Shown here: positions 28,917-37,903 of the stretch, one piece after another
How positions within the stretch are numbered: position 1 is the stretch's first letter
How the letters are laid out: each line of letters opens with the position of its first letter
From: Dehalococcoidia bacterium
GTDB lineage: Bacteria > Chloroflexota > Dehalococcoidia > Lucifugimonadales > UBA3495
Length of the DNA: 64,000 nucleotides
Assembly: GCA_965215425.1 (NCBI GenBank)
Contig: OZ244064.1
Location: 1,244,095-1,308,094, forward strand
Direction of reading: 5' to 3'
Notes under the pieces: model-generated
Told to the model about the DNA's origin: nothing
What the model saw: the letters and a program-made list of their open reading frames with translations, nothing else
Databases searched by the model: none
Translations under genes and position numbers: made by a program

Positions 28917-29273
28917 TTCAAGCCTACTTAAGCCTAACGTCAGCTGAAGTCTAACTCCGGGACGCCGCCCCGTCAAACCGGAGCGGCCGGGGTTAACGCG
29001 CCGGCCTCAAACCATCCTCGAACTATTACCCCGCCCTTGCCAACGGGCTGGCTCCATGCCTATGATGGGCTGCCGGCTGGCCCGCCACCGGCGATTTTGG
29101 CACGACGGCCGGCTCCATGCCTATGCCGGGCCTATGCTGGGCGGTATTCGGCGGACCGGCGACAGACCGGCGCGTGGCAGTTGCCAGCCTGAGACGCCGG
29201 GCGGAGGCGCCGGGCGGAAAGGTTCCTACCCCATTCCCCGCACGACAGATTCATTTACCGGGAGAGAAAAGTT

Positions 29274-29831
29274 ATGCGAACGCCTATAGTTACCCGCGAC
29301 CAGGTCCCCGAGAACTTGCGCGAAGCCTTCGACGCCGAAACTTCCGGCAGCGGCGGGGTGGTCGCCAGCGGCCCCGGTTCGGCGATGATTAACAGCCCGG
29401 AGATGCGCCGGCGGGCCAATGCCCTGGTCAACTACCTGCGGGACGAGTCTTCACTGCCCAAGAAAATTCAGGAACTGGCGATGATCGTTACCGCCCGGGC
29501 CAACGACTGCCCGTTTATCTGGAACGCTCACGCCGCCCGCGCCCGGGAGCAGGGAATCAGCGACGCCTTCGTGGATGCCCTGCGGGATAACCAGCCCCTG
29601 CCTTCCCTGCCCCCGGACGAGGCGGCGGTGGTCAGCCTGGGCAATGAGTTCTTCCAGACGCGCAAAATCAGCCAGGAGACCTTCCAGGCGGCTTTGGCCC
29701 AATTCGGCCCGCTGGGGCTGACCGAGCTGTGTACCCTGATGGGCTACTACGCCCTGCTGGCCTTTAACGCCAATGCCTTCCTGATTGACTTGCCCGAGGA
29801 GCGCAGCGAGCCGGTACTACCCATCGCCTGA
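29274..29831 (+). CDS. carboxymuconolactone decarboxylase (AhpD-like) family protein
   Basis: 185 aa. ELAMIVTARANDCPFIWNAHAARA is the CMD-domain core. Confidence 0.8.
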   Translation: MRTPIVTRDQVPENLREAFDAETSGSGGVVASGPGSAMINSPEMRRRANALVNYLRDESSLPKKIQELAMIVTARANDCPFIWNAHAARAREQGISDAFVDALRDNQPLPSLPPDEAAVVSLGNEFFQTRKISQETFQAALAQFGPLGLTELCTLMGYYALLAFNANAFLIDLPEERSEPVLPIA

Positions 29832-30062
29832 ACCCCCAACTACCGAAGCGTCAAACCTTACTGGAGCGTCAGGCCTTACTGACCTGCTGCGGGCCCGTTT
29901 AGTAAGGTCGGCAAGCGCTTCGGGCCATTTTATACCGGAGTTGGTTCGTATCCGGCGGATTAAGCCCACCACGGCAAAAGGCGGGCCGCCGCCGGCCCGC
30001 CCCATTACCGTCTATCGCCCGGTTGCCGGATGCGCCCGGTTCCGGTTAGAAACCGGGCCCGG

Positions 30063-32333
30063 TTACTGGTGGAACAAATTCAGCGCCGAGCCGAGACGGA
30101 ACCAGGCTATTTGCGACTCGCCGTAGGAATGGTTCAGGTACAGCGTTTCGCTGCTGCCGTCGCTGTGCCGGACGATGCACTCTACCGGCTTGCCGGGGGC
30201 CAGGTTTTGCAACCCCACCAGACTGAGGCGGTCATCCTCCCGGATCCGATCGTAGTCCTCCGGGTGGGGGAAGGTCAAAGCCAGGAGGCCCTGCTTTTTC
30301 AGGTTGCTTTCGTGGATGCGGGCGAAGCTGCGGACGATGACCGCCGCGCCGCCCAGCAGGCGGGGCGACAGGGCGGCGTGTTCCCGGCTGCTGCCCTCGC
30401 CATAGTTGAAGTCGCCGACCACCGCCCACCGGATTCCCCGGGATTGGTAGTCCCGGGCAATCCGGGAGAAGCCGACGCCCGCTTCGCCGGTTACCACGTT
30501 CTTGCCCTTGCCGGCCACGTCGTCGTAGGCGTTAATCGCCCCCATAAACATATTGTCGCTGAACCGGTCCAGGTGCCCCCGGAAGCGCAGCCACACGCCG
30601 GCCGGGGAGATGGAGTCGGTGGTGGTCTTGCCCTTGGCCTTTACCAGCACCGGCAGATCCAGAAAATCGTTGCCGTCCCAGGCCGGCCAGGGTTCCAAAA
30701 GCTGGATCCGCTCGCTGTCCGGCGCCACGGTCAACTCGATGTCGCCGCCGTCCCGGGGCGGAGCCTCGTAGGAAGATGCCCCCCGGTCAAAGCTCCGGGC
30801 CGGCACGTCCGGCGCCGTCTGGGGCGGCGCCAGGCGGAAGGGCTGCCCATCGGCGCCGGTCAGGGTATCGGTCAAGGGGTTGAAGGAGAGGCGTCCGGCC
30901 AGGGCCAGGGCGGTAACGATCTCCGGACTGCCGATGATGTTCATCGTGGAGGGTTCCCCGTCGTTGCGGGCCGGGAAGTTCCGGTTGTAGGAGGTTACGA
31001 TGGTGTTGGGCCGCCCCACCGGGTCGCCGACCCGCCGCCACTGGCCGATGCAGGGGCCACAGGCGTTAGCCAGCACCGTGGCCTCGATGTCCTTGAGGGA
31101 CTGCATCTGCCCGTCCCGCTCGATGGTGGCCCGCACCTGCTCCGAGCCGGGGGTAACCATAAAAGGCACCGCCGCCGTGAGGCCGTGGGCCTTGGCCTGT
31201 TCCGCCACGTCGGCGGAGCGGCTCATATCCTCGTAGGAGGAGTTGGTACAGCTGCCGATCAACGCCGAGGAGATTTCGTCCACCAGGGCGCCGTCCTGCT
31301 GCAACTCCAGGGCCATCATCGAGATGGGGCGGGCCCGGTCCGGCGAGTGGGGGCCTACCAGGTGCGGCTCCAGTTCCGACAGGTTTATCTCCACCACCTG
31401 GTCATAGTGCTGCTGGGGGTTTTCGGCGCACTCCGGGTCGGCGACCAGCAACTGCCGGTACTGCTCCGCCAGTTCCGCCAGCTCGCCCCGGCCGGTGGCC
31501 GCCAGGTAACGGGCCATGGTTGCGTCGTAGGGGAAGGTGGAAGAAGTAGCGCCCAGTTCGGCGCCCATATTGCAGATGGTGCCTTTGCCGGTGGCGCTGA
31601 TGCTGGCGGCGCCGGGGCCGAAGTATTCGATGATGGCGTTGGTGGCGCCGGAGACGGTCAACCGCCCGGCCAGGTGCAGAATTATATCCTTGGGCGCCGT
31701 CCAGCCGTTCAATTCCCCGGTCAGGCGCACGCCGATGAACCGGGGGTAGAGGACTTCCCAGGGCAGGCCGGCCATCACCTCAACCGCGTCCGCGCCGCCG
31801 ACGCCGACGGAAATGGAGCCGAGGCCGCCGCCGTTGGGCGTGTGGGAGTCGGTGCCCAGCATCAACTGGGCGGGAAAGGCGTAATTTTCCAGCGCCACCT
31901 GGTGGATGATGCCCGCCCCCGGCCCCCAGAAACCCACGCCGTACTTGGCCGCCGCCGTCCGCAGGAAGTTGTAAACCTCGCTGTTCTCTCCCAGAGATTC
32001 CTGCAAATCGGAGGCCCCCTCCACCCGGGCCTGGATGAGATGGTCGCAATGCACCGAGGTAGGTACGGCGGTGGTCTGCCGCCGGGTTTGCATAAACTGG
32101 AGCATGGCGGTCTGACCCAAAACATCCTGGAGGATCACCCGGTCGGGCCGCAGTTGGATATAGGTCTCCCCGCGCACCAGGTTGGTATCCGTCGGGTCGT
32201 CCAGATGGGACAGCAGGATTTTGTCGGCCAGGGTCAGCGGGCCGGTCCGGGTTTGCCGCACGGTTTGCAGATTCCGGTCCAGCCGTTCATAGATGCCGGA
32301 AACCAACTCCCTTGTCGGTTCAATCGTCGCCAT
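30063..32333 (-). CDS. acn: aconitate hydratase
   Basis: Motifs VHCDHLI, DSHTPNGGG, GSCTNSS, NACGPCIGQW, NRNFPARNDG. Start trimmed to ATG 32333 (MATIEPT...). Confidence 0.95.
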   Translation of the reverse strand: MATIEPTRELVSGIYERLDRNLQTVRQTRTGPLTLADKILLSHLDDPTDTNLVRGETYIQLRPDRVILQDVLGQTAMLQFMQTRRQTTAVPTSVHCDHLIQARVEGASDLQESLGENSEVYNFLRTAAAKYGVGFWGPGAGIIHQVALENYAFPAQLMLGTDSHTPNGGGLGSISVGVGGADAVEVMAGLPWEVLYPRFIGVRLTGELNGWTAPKDIILHLAGRLTVSGATNAIIEYFGPGAASISATGKGTICNMGAELGATSSTFPYDATMARYLAATGRGELAELAEQYRQLLVADPECAENPQQHYDQVVEINLSELEPHLVGPHSPDRARPISMMALELQQDGALVDEISSALIGSCTNSSYEDMSRSADVAEQAKAHGLTAAVPFMVTPGSEQVRATIERDGQMQSLKDIEATVLANACGPCIGQWRRVGDPVGRPNTIVTSYNRNFPARNDGEPSTMNIIGSPEIVTALALAGRLSFNPLTDTLTGADGQPFRLAPPQTAPDVPARSFDRGASSYEAPPRDGGDIELTVAPDSERIQLLEPWPAWDGNDFLDLPVLVKAKGKTTTDSISPAGVWLRFRGHLDRFSDNMFMGAINAYDDVAGKGKNVVTGEAGVGFSRIARDYQSRGIRWAVVGDFNYGEGSSREHAALSPRLLGGAAVIVRSFARIHESNLKKQGLLALTFPHPEDYDRIREDDRLSLVGLQNLAPGKPVECIVRHSDGSSETLYLNHSYGESQIAWFRLGSALNLFHQ

Positions 32334-32597
32334 AAAGGTACACCCCTGCGCTGAAATGGTTGGTGTTGAAATGGCTGATGTTGATGCGTCAACGGTCAGT
32401 GGCGGTAGTCTAAAAGGATCCGGGGTTGCTGTCAATCGGGGGGGTTGTTGCGCCGGGCGACGCCGCGCCGGCGCAGTGCGCCGGGAGGAACCGGCCCGCG
32501 GCGGCGAAACTCCGGCGTTTCTGCCGCTCCCGGTGGGGAAAGACGGCTATCGTACAGGTTCTGGTGGTATTGGTTGGGTTTTCTGCCGCTCCCGGTG

Positions 32598-32646
32598 GGA
32601 AAAACCCGCAAAAGGAAGACCCCTCCGGGCAAGGAGAGGTCTTTCC
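32598..32646 (-). terminator. intrinsic terminator after the ferredoxin gene
   Basis: On the minus strand: GGAAAGACCTCTCC-ttgccc-GGAGGGGTCTTCC followed by TTTTGCGGGTTTTT. Confidence 0.55.
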
Positions 32647-32667
32647 GGAAAGAGCCGGGGCCAGCGC

Positions 32668-32937
32668 CTACTTGCGCTTGAGGGCGTCCGGGTCGGTATT
32701 TTTGAAGTAGTCGTAGTTCATGGCGATGTAGTTTTCCCACTGACCGGGAACGGCGTCCTCAGCGAAGATGGCAGTTACCGGACAGACCGGCTCGCAGGCG
32801 GCGCAATCAATGCACTCGTCCGGGCTGATGTAGAACATATCGTCGGCATCGGTGGTGTAGATGCAGTCCACCGGGCAAACGTCCACGCACGCGGCGTCCT
32901 TCACACCTACGCAGGGTTCGGTAATGATGTAAGTCAT
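32668..32937 (-). CDS. fdx: ferredoxin (7Fe / 2x[4Fe-4S]-type)
   Basis: 89 aa. CVGVKDAACVDVCPVDCI and CIDCAACEPVCP. Confidence 0.9.
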   Translation of the reverse strand: MTYIITEPCVGVKDAACVDVCPVDCIYTTDADDMFYISPDECIDCAACEPVCPVTAIFAEDAVPGQWENYIAMNYDYFKNTDPDALKRK

Positions 32938-33279
32938 TCTCTTATTGCTCCTCTGAACTAGCGGTTATTGAGGATAACGGCTCCCCGACCGCCCGTCTCC
33001 CCCTGGAGGATAACCGGGGAACTATTAGAATTATAGCATAGCCCGGCGGGTTTGCAATACGATACCGGGACAATAACGGGACCGGGCGCTGGCTGCCGTC
33101 GCTCAAACCGGATGATTCCACAATCCCGGGACCACGGCGGGACCGGGACAAGCAGGGCGCCGCCGGGTCTTTTGAGGGGTCGGGCGGTAACCTCCCGGCA
33201 ACCGCCGCCTGATTCCCGGAGGGATCACCGGAGGGGCAAGGCCGCCGGGTTCCGGCGCTTACCGTTTACTTACCGCTAC

Positions 33280-33720
33280 TTACAGCACCAGTCCGTAAGT
33301 TCGCTTTTTGATGGACAGGTTCACGAAGGTCTCAGTGCGCTGCACCCCTTCAATGGGGCCAATCTTGGTGCGGAGAAAATGGCCCAGGCTTTCCGCCGAC
33401 TCCAGCCCGGCCCAGACAAATACGTCGTAAGCGCCGGTGGTAACCGCCACGTAGTGGGCCTCCGGCAGGCCAATCAGGGATTCGGCCACCCGGTCCGACT
33501 TGCCGGGGGCGGTTTGCATACCGATCAAGGCGGTAGTGGAAAAGCCCAGCTTTTCCAGATTGGGCACCGCGACCACTCGCACCACGTCGTCATCCAGCAG
33601 CTTGCCCAACCGGCGCCGCACCGTGCCCTCGCTGACCCCTACTTCCCGGGCGATTTTCGCATTGGAGGCCCGCCCGTCCAGTTGCAGCAGGGCAATTATC
33701 TTCCGGTCTAACTCATCCAT
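33280..33720 (-). CDS. Lrp/AsnC-family transcriptional regulator
   Basis: 146 aa. MDELDRKIIALLQLDGRASNAKIAREVGVSEGTVRRRL followed by an RAM domain. Confidence 0.9.
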   Translation of the reverse strand: MDELDRKIIALLQLDGRASNAKIAREVGVSEGTVRRRLGKLLDDDVVRVVAVPNLEKLGFSTTALIGMQTAPGKSDRVAESLIGLPEAHYVAVTTGAYDVFVWAGLESAESLGHFLRTKIGPIEGVQRTETFVNLSIKKRTYGLVL

Positions 33721-33960
33721 TCAGGATACTCCCGTTATGGTCTTTATACGAAACAAACGACTCCATAATAAGCCAGTGTCCATTTACTGTCAATACGGCA
33801 ATAAAATTTCCGAATATCGCATTTAATACACCGCAAAGGCGGGTTAACGCTGCGGAAATCGGAAAAGCCCCAGCCCGGCCCTGCTCCTTAAAAGCCATCG
33901 GGAATCACGGATTTTTAATTCGCAATTCGTAATTTCCAGTTGGACGCTGGCCGCCGGGCG

Positions 33961-33989
33961 TTGACAAGCCGGAACAAACGCCCTTTAAT
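33961..33989 (+). promoter_or_regulatory. candidate sigma70-type promoter upstream of the CaCA transporter gene
   Basis: TTGACA (33961-33966), 17-nt spacer, TTTAAT (33984-33989). Confidence 0.4.
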
Positions 33990-34095
33990 TCCTGATTGTC
34001 CAGCCGGGGCCGCCGGAGCGCCCCGGAAACGTCAGTTTAACCCGTAATTGACCGGGGGTAGTATAGTACGAAGGCGGACACTTTCCTAATTCGTA

Positions 34096-35166
34096 GTGGA
34101 AAGGAGCAATATGCCCGGACTTCCCGAGGCGGTTTCCCTGACCGTTTCCGTTCCCATCTTTCTTGCCAGCGCCGCTGCCGTTATCTTCCTGGGAGTGCAG
34201 CTTGCCAGGTATGGCGACGCCCTGGCGACTCTGACCGGCTGGGGCCGGCTGTTCGTCGGCAGCATCCTGGTGGCCCTGGCTACTTCCCTGCCGGAACTGT
34301 CCAACAACGTCACCGCGGTGCGGATTGACAACCCCCAACTGGCCCTGGGCAACGTGGTGGGGGCCAATATGATAAATATGTTCACCATGGCGGTGGTGGC
34401 CCTCCTCTTTGGTGGACGCCGTTTCCTGCAACGGGTGGCCCCGGAACAGGGTTACCTCATCGTCCTGGCCGCCATACTCACTGGGCTGGCCGTCCTGTTC
34501 GCCGGCTGGCACACCCTGGCCCCCAGCCCGGTTACCGAGCTCAACCTGTGGGCGATCGGGGCCTCCTCCATATTTCTGCTGGTAGTCTATGTTATCGGAA
34601 TGCGGATCGTCTATCAGAAAAGTCCGACCGGGGCGGCGGAGGAAGGGGGTGATGACCCGGGAATGTCCCTGGGCAAAGCCTGGGCGATGTTCAGCCTGGT
34701 GTCGGCGGGGGTGATCATCGCCGGGGTCTTTCTGGCCCAGAGCGCCGACTGGATTGCCGGCGCCACCGGCATATCCTCCGGCGTGCTGGGGATACTGGCC
34801 GTATCCATCGTAACCACGATGCCCGAGGCGTCGGCGTCGGTGGCGGCGGCTCGCATGGGCGCTGCGGATCTGGGCGTCGCCGGCTTATACGGCAGTTGCG
34901 TATTCAACGTAACCATCCTGGCCTACGCCGACCCCTTCTACCGGGGCGGGGAAAGCTGCGCTTCGGTGATAATACTCAACTGCCCCTCGCCGGAGCATTT
35001 CGTCGCCGGAATCAGCGCCATTGCCCTGATTTTATGGGGCGGGTTGCTGCTGTGGGGCCGGAACCGTTTCCCCCAACCGGTGGTAACCGGCGGGCTGGCG
35101 CTGATGGCCGCGGCATACCTGGCCGGGGCGGTGGGAGCGATACTGGTCTCCCGCCAGGGCGTCTGA
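34096..35166 (+). CDS. Na+/Ca2+ exchanger (CaCA, YrbG-like) membrane protein
   Basis: 356 aa, polytopic. Alpha-repeat motifs ATSLPELSNNV...GNVVGANMINMF and TTMPEASASV...GSCVFNV. Confidence 0.85.
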   Translation: MERSNMPGLPEAVSLTVSVPIFLASAAAVIFLGVQLARYGDALATLTGWGRLFVGSILVALATSLPELSNNVTAVRIDNPQLALGNVVGANMINMFTMAVVALLFGGRRFLQRVAPEQGYLIVLAAILTGLAVLFAGWHTLAPSPVTELNLWAIGASSIFLLVVYVIGMRIVYQKSPTGAAEEGGDDPGMSLGKAWAMFSLVSAGVIIAGVFLAQSADWIAGATGISSGVLGILAVSIVTTMPEASASVAAARMGAADLGVAGLYGSCVFNVTILAYADPFYRGGESCASVIILNCPSPEHFVAGISAIALILWGGLLLWGRNRFPQPVVTGGLALMAAAYLAGAVGAILVSRQGV

Positions 35167-35320
35167 TCCCGGGGCTTACCTACCCCTGGGGAAAAGGCGC
35201 CGGTCGTCATTGACGTCGGCGGGTACAGGACCCGCCGACTTCGATCGCAGTTGGACTACCCCAATGAAGGGACTCCGGCGGGTACAGTATCTGCCCCTAC
35301 CGCCCCGGCCCGCCGTCGAT

Positions 35321-35743
35321 CTAGGTCAACTTTCCGTAAACCCGTTCCGGGGTTACCAATATGCCCACCGCTTCCTGGGCCACCATCGCCCGGTCGTATT
35401 CCTCCCAATCGGGGTGGTCCTGGCCGCTGCACGCCCGGAAGATCTCCCGCAGGGTCAGCCGCAGTTCCTCGGCATCGGTATTATCCGCCGCCAACAGCCG
35501 GGCCGGGCCTTCCACCACCACGTAGCGGCGCCAGTCGTCGGTAACCGCCAGGACGGTGCATTGCGGGTTGCGCCGCAGGTTGCGCACCTTCCGGGACCTG
35601 GGATAGACCGAGGCCAGGGCCATGTAGCCCTGATAGGCGCCGCAGACCACCACGCTGGCCTGCACCGCTCCGTTGGGCTGAATCGTCTGCACCACCGCCC
35701 GGTGATTGGTCTCCAGAAAGGGCCGGATGTCCTCAAAGTCCAT
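35321..35743 (-). CDS. PPOX-class split-barrel protein (pyridoxamine 5'-phosphate oxidase / F420-dependent family)
   Basis: MDFEDIRPFLETNHRAVVQTIQPNGAVQASVV...RNLRRNPQCTVL. Start ATG 35743 is preceded by GGAGGT. Confidence 0.75.
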   Translation of the reverse strand: MDFEDIRPFLETNHRAVVQTIQPNGAVQASVVVCGAYQGYMALASVYPRSRKVRNLRRNPQCTVLAVTDDWRRYVVVEGPARLLAADNTDAEELRLTLREIFRACSGQDHPDWEEYDRAMVAQEAVGILVTPERVYGKLT

Positions 35744-35794
35744 AGCCGTCTGTACCTCCACATAAATCGGTTTGAAGACAGTATAGCAGAGGGT

Positions 35795-36784
35795 TCAGAA
35801 GGGCAGGTCGTCTTTCTGGTAACGGTTGGCGTAGGCCAGTTGGTTATCCAGGGACAAACGCGCTGTGTAGTCCGGGGAGTTCCGCAAATTGCGTAGGCTG
35901 ATCTCCAGAGTAGCTTTAGCCTGATATGCCTCGTAATGCCAGCGATCCTCGCAGCCGATTGCCGTATCCTGCAACACAACCTGGGCATCAAAGGGGCCCG
36001 GGGGTTCGGAGCTGCGGTTGAATCGGAAAACGAGTTGCGTATCGCTCATTTCCACCCGTTCAACAAAGGTCCATTTTCGGTTAAAGAGGCTGGGTTTAAT
36101 CACTATCTGCCGTAGCCACCGGGAGCGTGTATTCCGGGGCAACAGATACCAGAGAGTTTCGCGCTCCGCCGGGCTGCGACAACCGATGTAGCGCAGGCTT
36201 TCCAGCCCCATCCGCTGCGGAACCAGCACTTCGGCGGCGCGGCGATGGACTATCTGTCTGCGTTCCGAGGGGTCAAACCACGAATCATGATAGACCAGGT
36301 CGAAAGGGATTTGCTTGAGGAAGGAGACCGCGCCGCTGGGCGTCGCAGCGACAGCAGCGGCATTGCCCTCGGTAAAGAGGCAATCCTCCCGCGACAAAAC
36401 GGCCAGGGCGTCAAAGATGAAGTAAACCAGAACTGGACAGTGAGAGTCGAACTCCCGTTGCCCAACCGGTCGGAACCCCTCATTCTGATACTGCGTCGGG
36501 GTTTTGGGCCGGAAATACAACCGCACGTAGTCTTGCCACTGCGGGTTTGTGTGCGCAATAACCTCGGGAGCGGCTATATCCACCGCCAATTGACTCGTGC
36601 TTACCGCCAAGCTCCGGCTGAGCAGCTCGCCCTGTCGCAGTATGCTTGCCGCGTTGGTGATGTCGGTGCAATGGAACAAACAATCGGGCCACCACTGACG
36701 CGCTGGCCCTAACCAGTCGGCTTGGCGCAAGTTCGCCAGATGCTGGCGAATCTCAGCTATTTCCCTATCCGGGCGGAGGGTCAT
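35795..36784 (-). CDS. DarT-like (DUF4433) ADP-ribosyltransferase with N- and C-terminal extensions
   Basis: 329 aa. LFHCTDITNAASILRQGELLS, YVRLYFRPKTPTQY, LFTEGNAA and RRAAEVLVPQ line up with the conserved DarT blocks as I remember them (IYHITHIDNL..IL..G.L; VPFYF.PR.P; FTD.H; KQAEFLV). Its ATG overlaps the upstream stop (ATGA). Confidence 0.75.
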   Translation of the reverse strand: MTLRPDREIAEIRQHLANLRQADWLGPARQWWPDCLFHCTDITNAASILRQGELLSRSLAVSTSQLAVDIAAPEVIAHTNPQWQDYVRLYFRPKTPTQYQNEGFRPVGQREFDSHCPVLVYFIFDALAVLSREDCLFTEGNAAAVAATPSGAVSFLKQIPFDLVYHDSWFDPSERRQIVHRRAAEVLVPQRMGLESLRYIGCRSPAERETLWYLLPRNTRSRWLRQIVIKPSLFNRKWTFVERVEMSDTQLVFRFNRSSEPPGPFDAQVVLQDTAIGCEDRWHYEAYQAKATLEISLRNLRNSPDYTARLSLDNQLAYANRYQKDDLPF

Positions 36785-37716
36785 AAAAGTTCTACTGCGC
36801 CCACACCGGACAGCGAAAGTTGTTCCGGCTGCCTGGTGGGGCCACCTTTGCCGGGAATTATCCGCAACCCCAGAGTTTGCGGACTTACCCCTCTGGATCG
36901 CCTAGCCATCTTCACCGGCTGGATGTAGGGCAACTTTGCCATCAGGGGAATTATCCAGTCGGCATACTCACTCAGGCCGCCGGGCAGGTAATCACCACTC
37001 AGAAATCCGGCGGCGCGCAGTTGCTGCCAAAGATCCAGGAACGCCGCTTCGGGAATGGCAACTGACCCGTCAGCAAGCTCCAGGATTATTGAAACCTCGT
37101 CGGCGCCAATCCGCGCCGGGAAGGGATCGTCGCTGCCGTCCCCCGCCGCGCCGGCGCCAATCACCGAGACCAGATCCGTCCAGACCTCGGTAAAGGCCAG
37201 GGATTCCGGCTCGCCCCGCAGCCATTCCCTGGTTTCCCGGATACTGCGGTGTTCCGGCATATAGGGGTCTTCAAGGTCTTGCCGGTGAATGTAAACGTCT
37301 ATCGGCAGCTTGCCCAGATACTGCTCCATCAGGGGACGTACCTGAGTTTCCCAATTCAGTTCGCCGTTGCCGCAGCCCAGCAGGGGAAAGGAGATGTCCG
37401 TAATGCCATAAACGTGGTAAGTATCGGCAAATTTCCGCAACCCGGCCTCGATGTAATCGGGTCGGGAGGGGCTGCGCCAGTGTTTCTTGGTGGGAAAGTT
37501 CAGCACCCACTTGTGCGGCGTCCGGTAAAGCCACAGCTGGCCGGTGGCGAACAGACCCTTCTCGCACAGTTCCTGATACCGGGCAAACATTTCCGGGTAA
37601 ATGGTCTTGAAGTCCCTGGCGATCCCCTTCCCCATCACTCCCACGGTGTTCACCGTATTCACCAGAGTCCGGGCCGGACTGGTAAACAAGTCGCACACCA
37701 CGTAGGTAATCATCAT
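36781..37716 (-). CDS. DarG-like macrodomain protein
   Basis: MITYVVCDLFTSPARTLVNTVNTVGVMGKGIARDFKTIYPEMF...LNFPTKKHWRSPSRPDYIEAGL...FPLLGCGNGELNW closely follows the DarG macrodomain pattern. A C-terminal region of about 170 aa has unknown fold. Start trimmed to the ATG at 37716 or 37713. Confidence 0.8.
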   Translation of the reverse strand: MMITYVVCDLFTSPARTLVNTVNTVGVMGKGIARDFKTIYPEMFARYQELCEKGLFATGQLWLYRTPHKWVLNFPTKKHWRSPSRPDYIEAGLRKFADTYHVYGITDISFPLLGCGNGELNWETQVRPLMEQYLGKLPIDVYIHRQDLEDPYMPEHRSIRETREWLRGEPESLAFTEVWTDLVSVIGAGAAGDGSDDPFPARIGADEVSIILELADGSVAIPEAAFLDLWQQLRAAGFLSGDYLPGGLSEYADWIIPLMAKLPYIQPVKMARRSRGVSPQTLGLRIIPGKGGPTRQPEQLSLSGVGAVELL

Positions 37717-37847
37717 TAAACTCCCGGAAAAATTTTGATACCTTCGCTTCCTCTTCCTTTGATTCCGCAAGCTGCCATTTTGCCACGCCCGGCCCCGGGC
37801 CACAAGAAAGGCTTTGCACTGGTTCCGGCCAAATCGGTGGGATAAAT

Positions 37848-37876
37848 ATAATAGAATATATGTTCTGCATCTTCAA
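37848..37876 (-). promoter_or_regulatory. candidate promoter of the macro/DarT-like operon
   Basis: On the minus strand: TTGAAG, 17-nt spacer, TATTAT, within an AT-rich patch (GGGATAAATATAATAGAATATATG). Confidence 0.45.
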
Positions 37877-37903
37877 CCGGGAACTGTCAGGCCGGCAAGG
37901 GCA

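Noticed and set aside
30030-32354. 774-aa + strand ORF
   Set aside because: Antisense to aconitase. The composition is Gly/Arg/Ala/Val/Pro-rich.
33985-34512. 175-aa minus-strand ORF
   Set aside because: Antisense to the CaCA transporter gene, whose alpha-repeat motifs are clear on the + strand.
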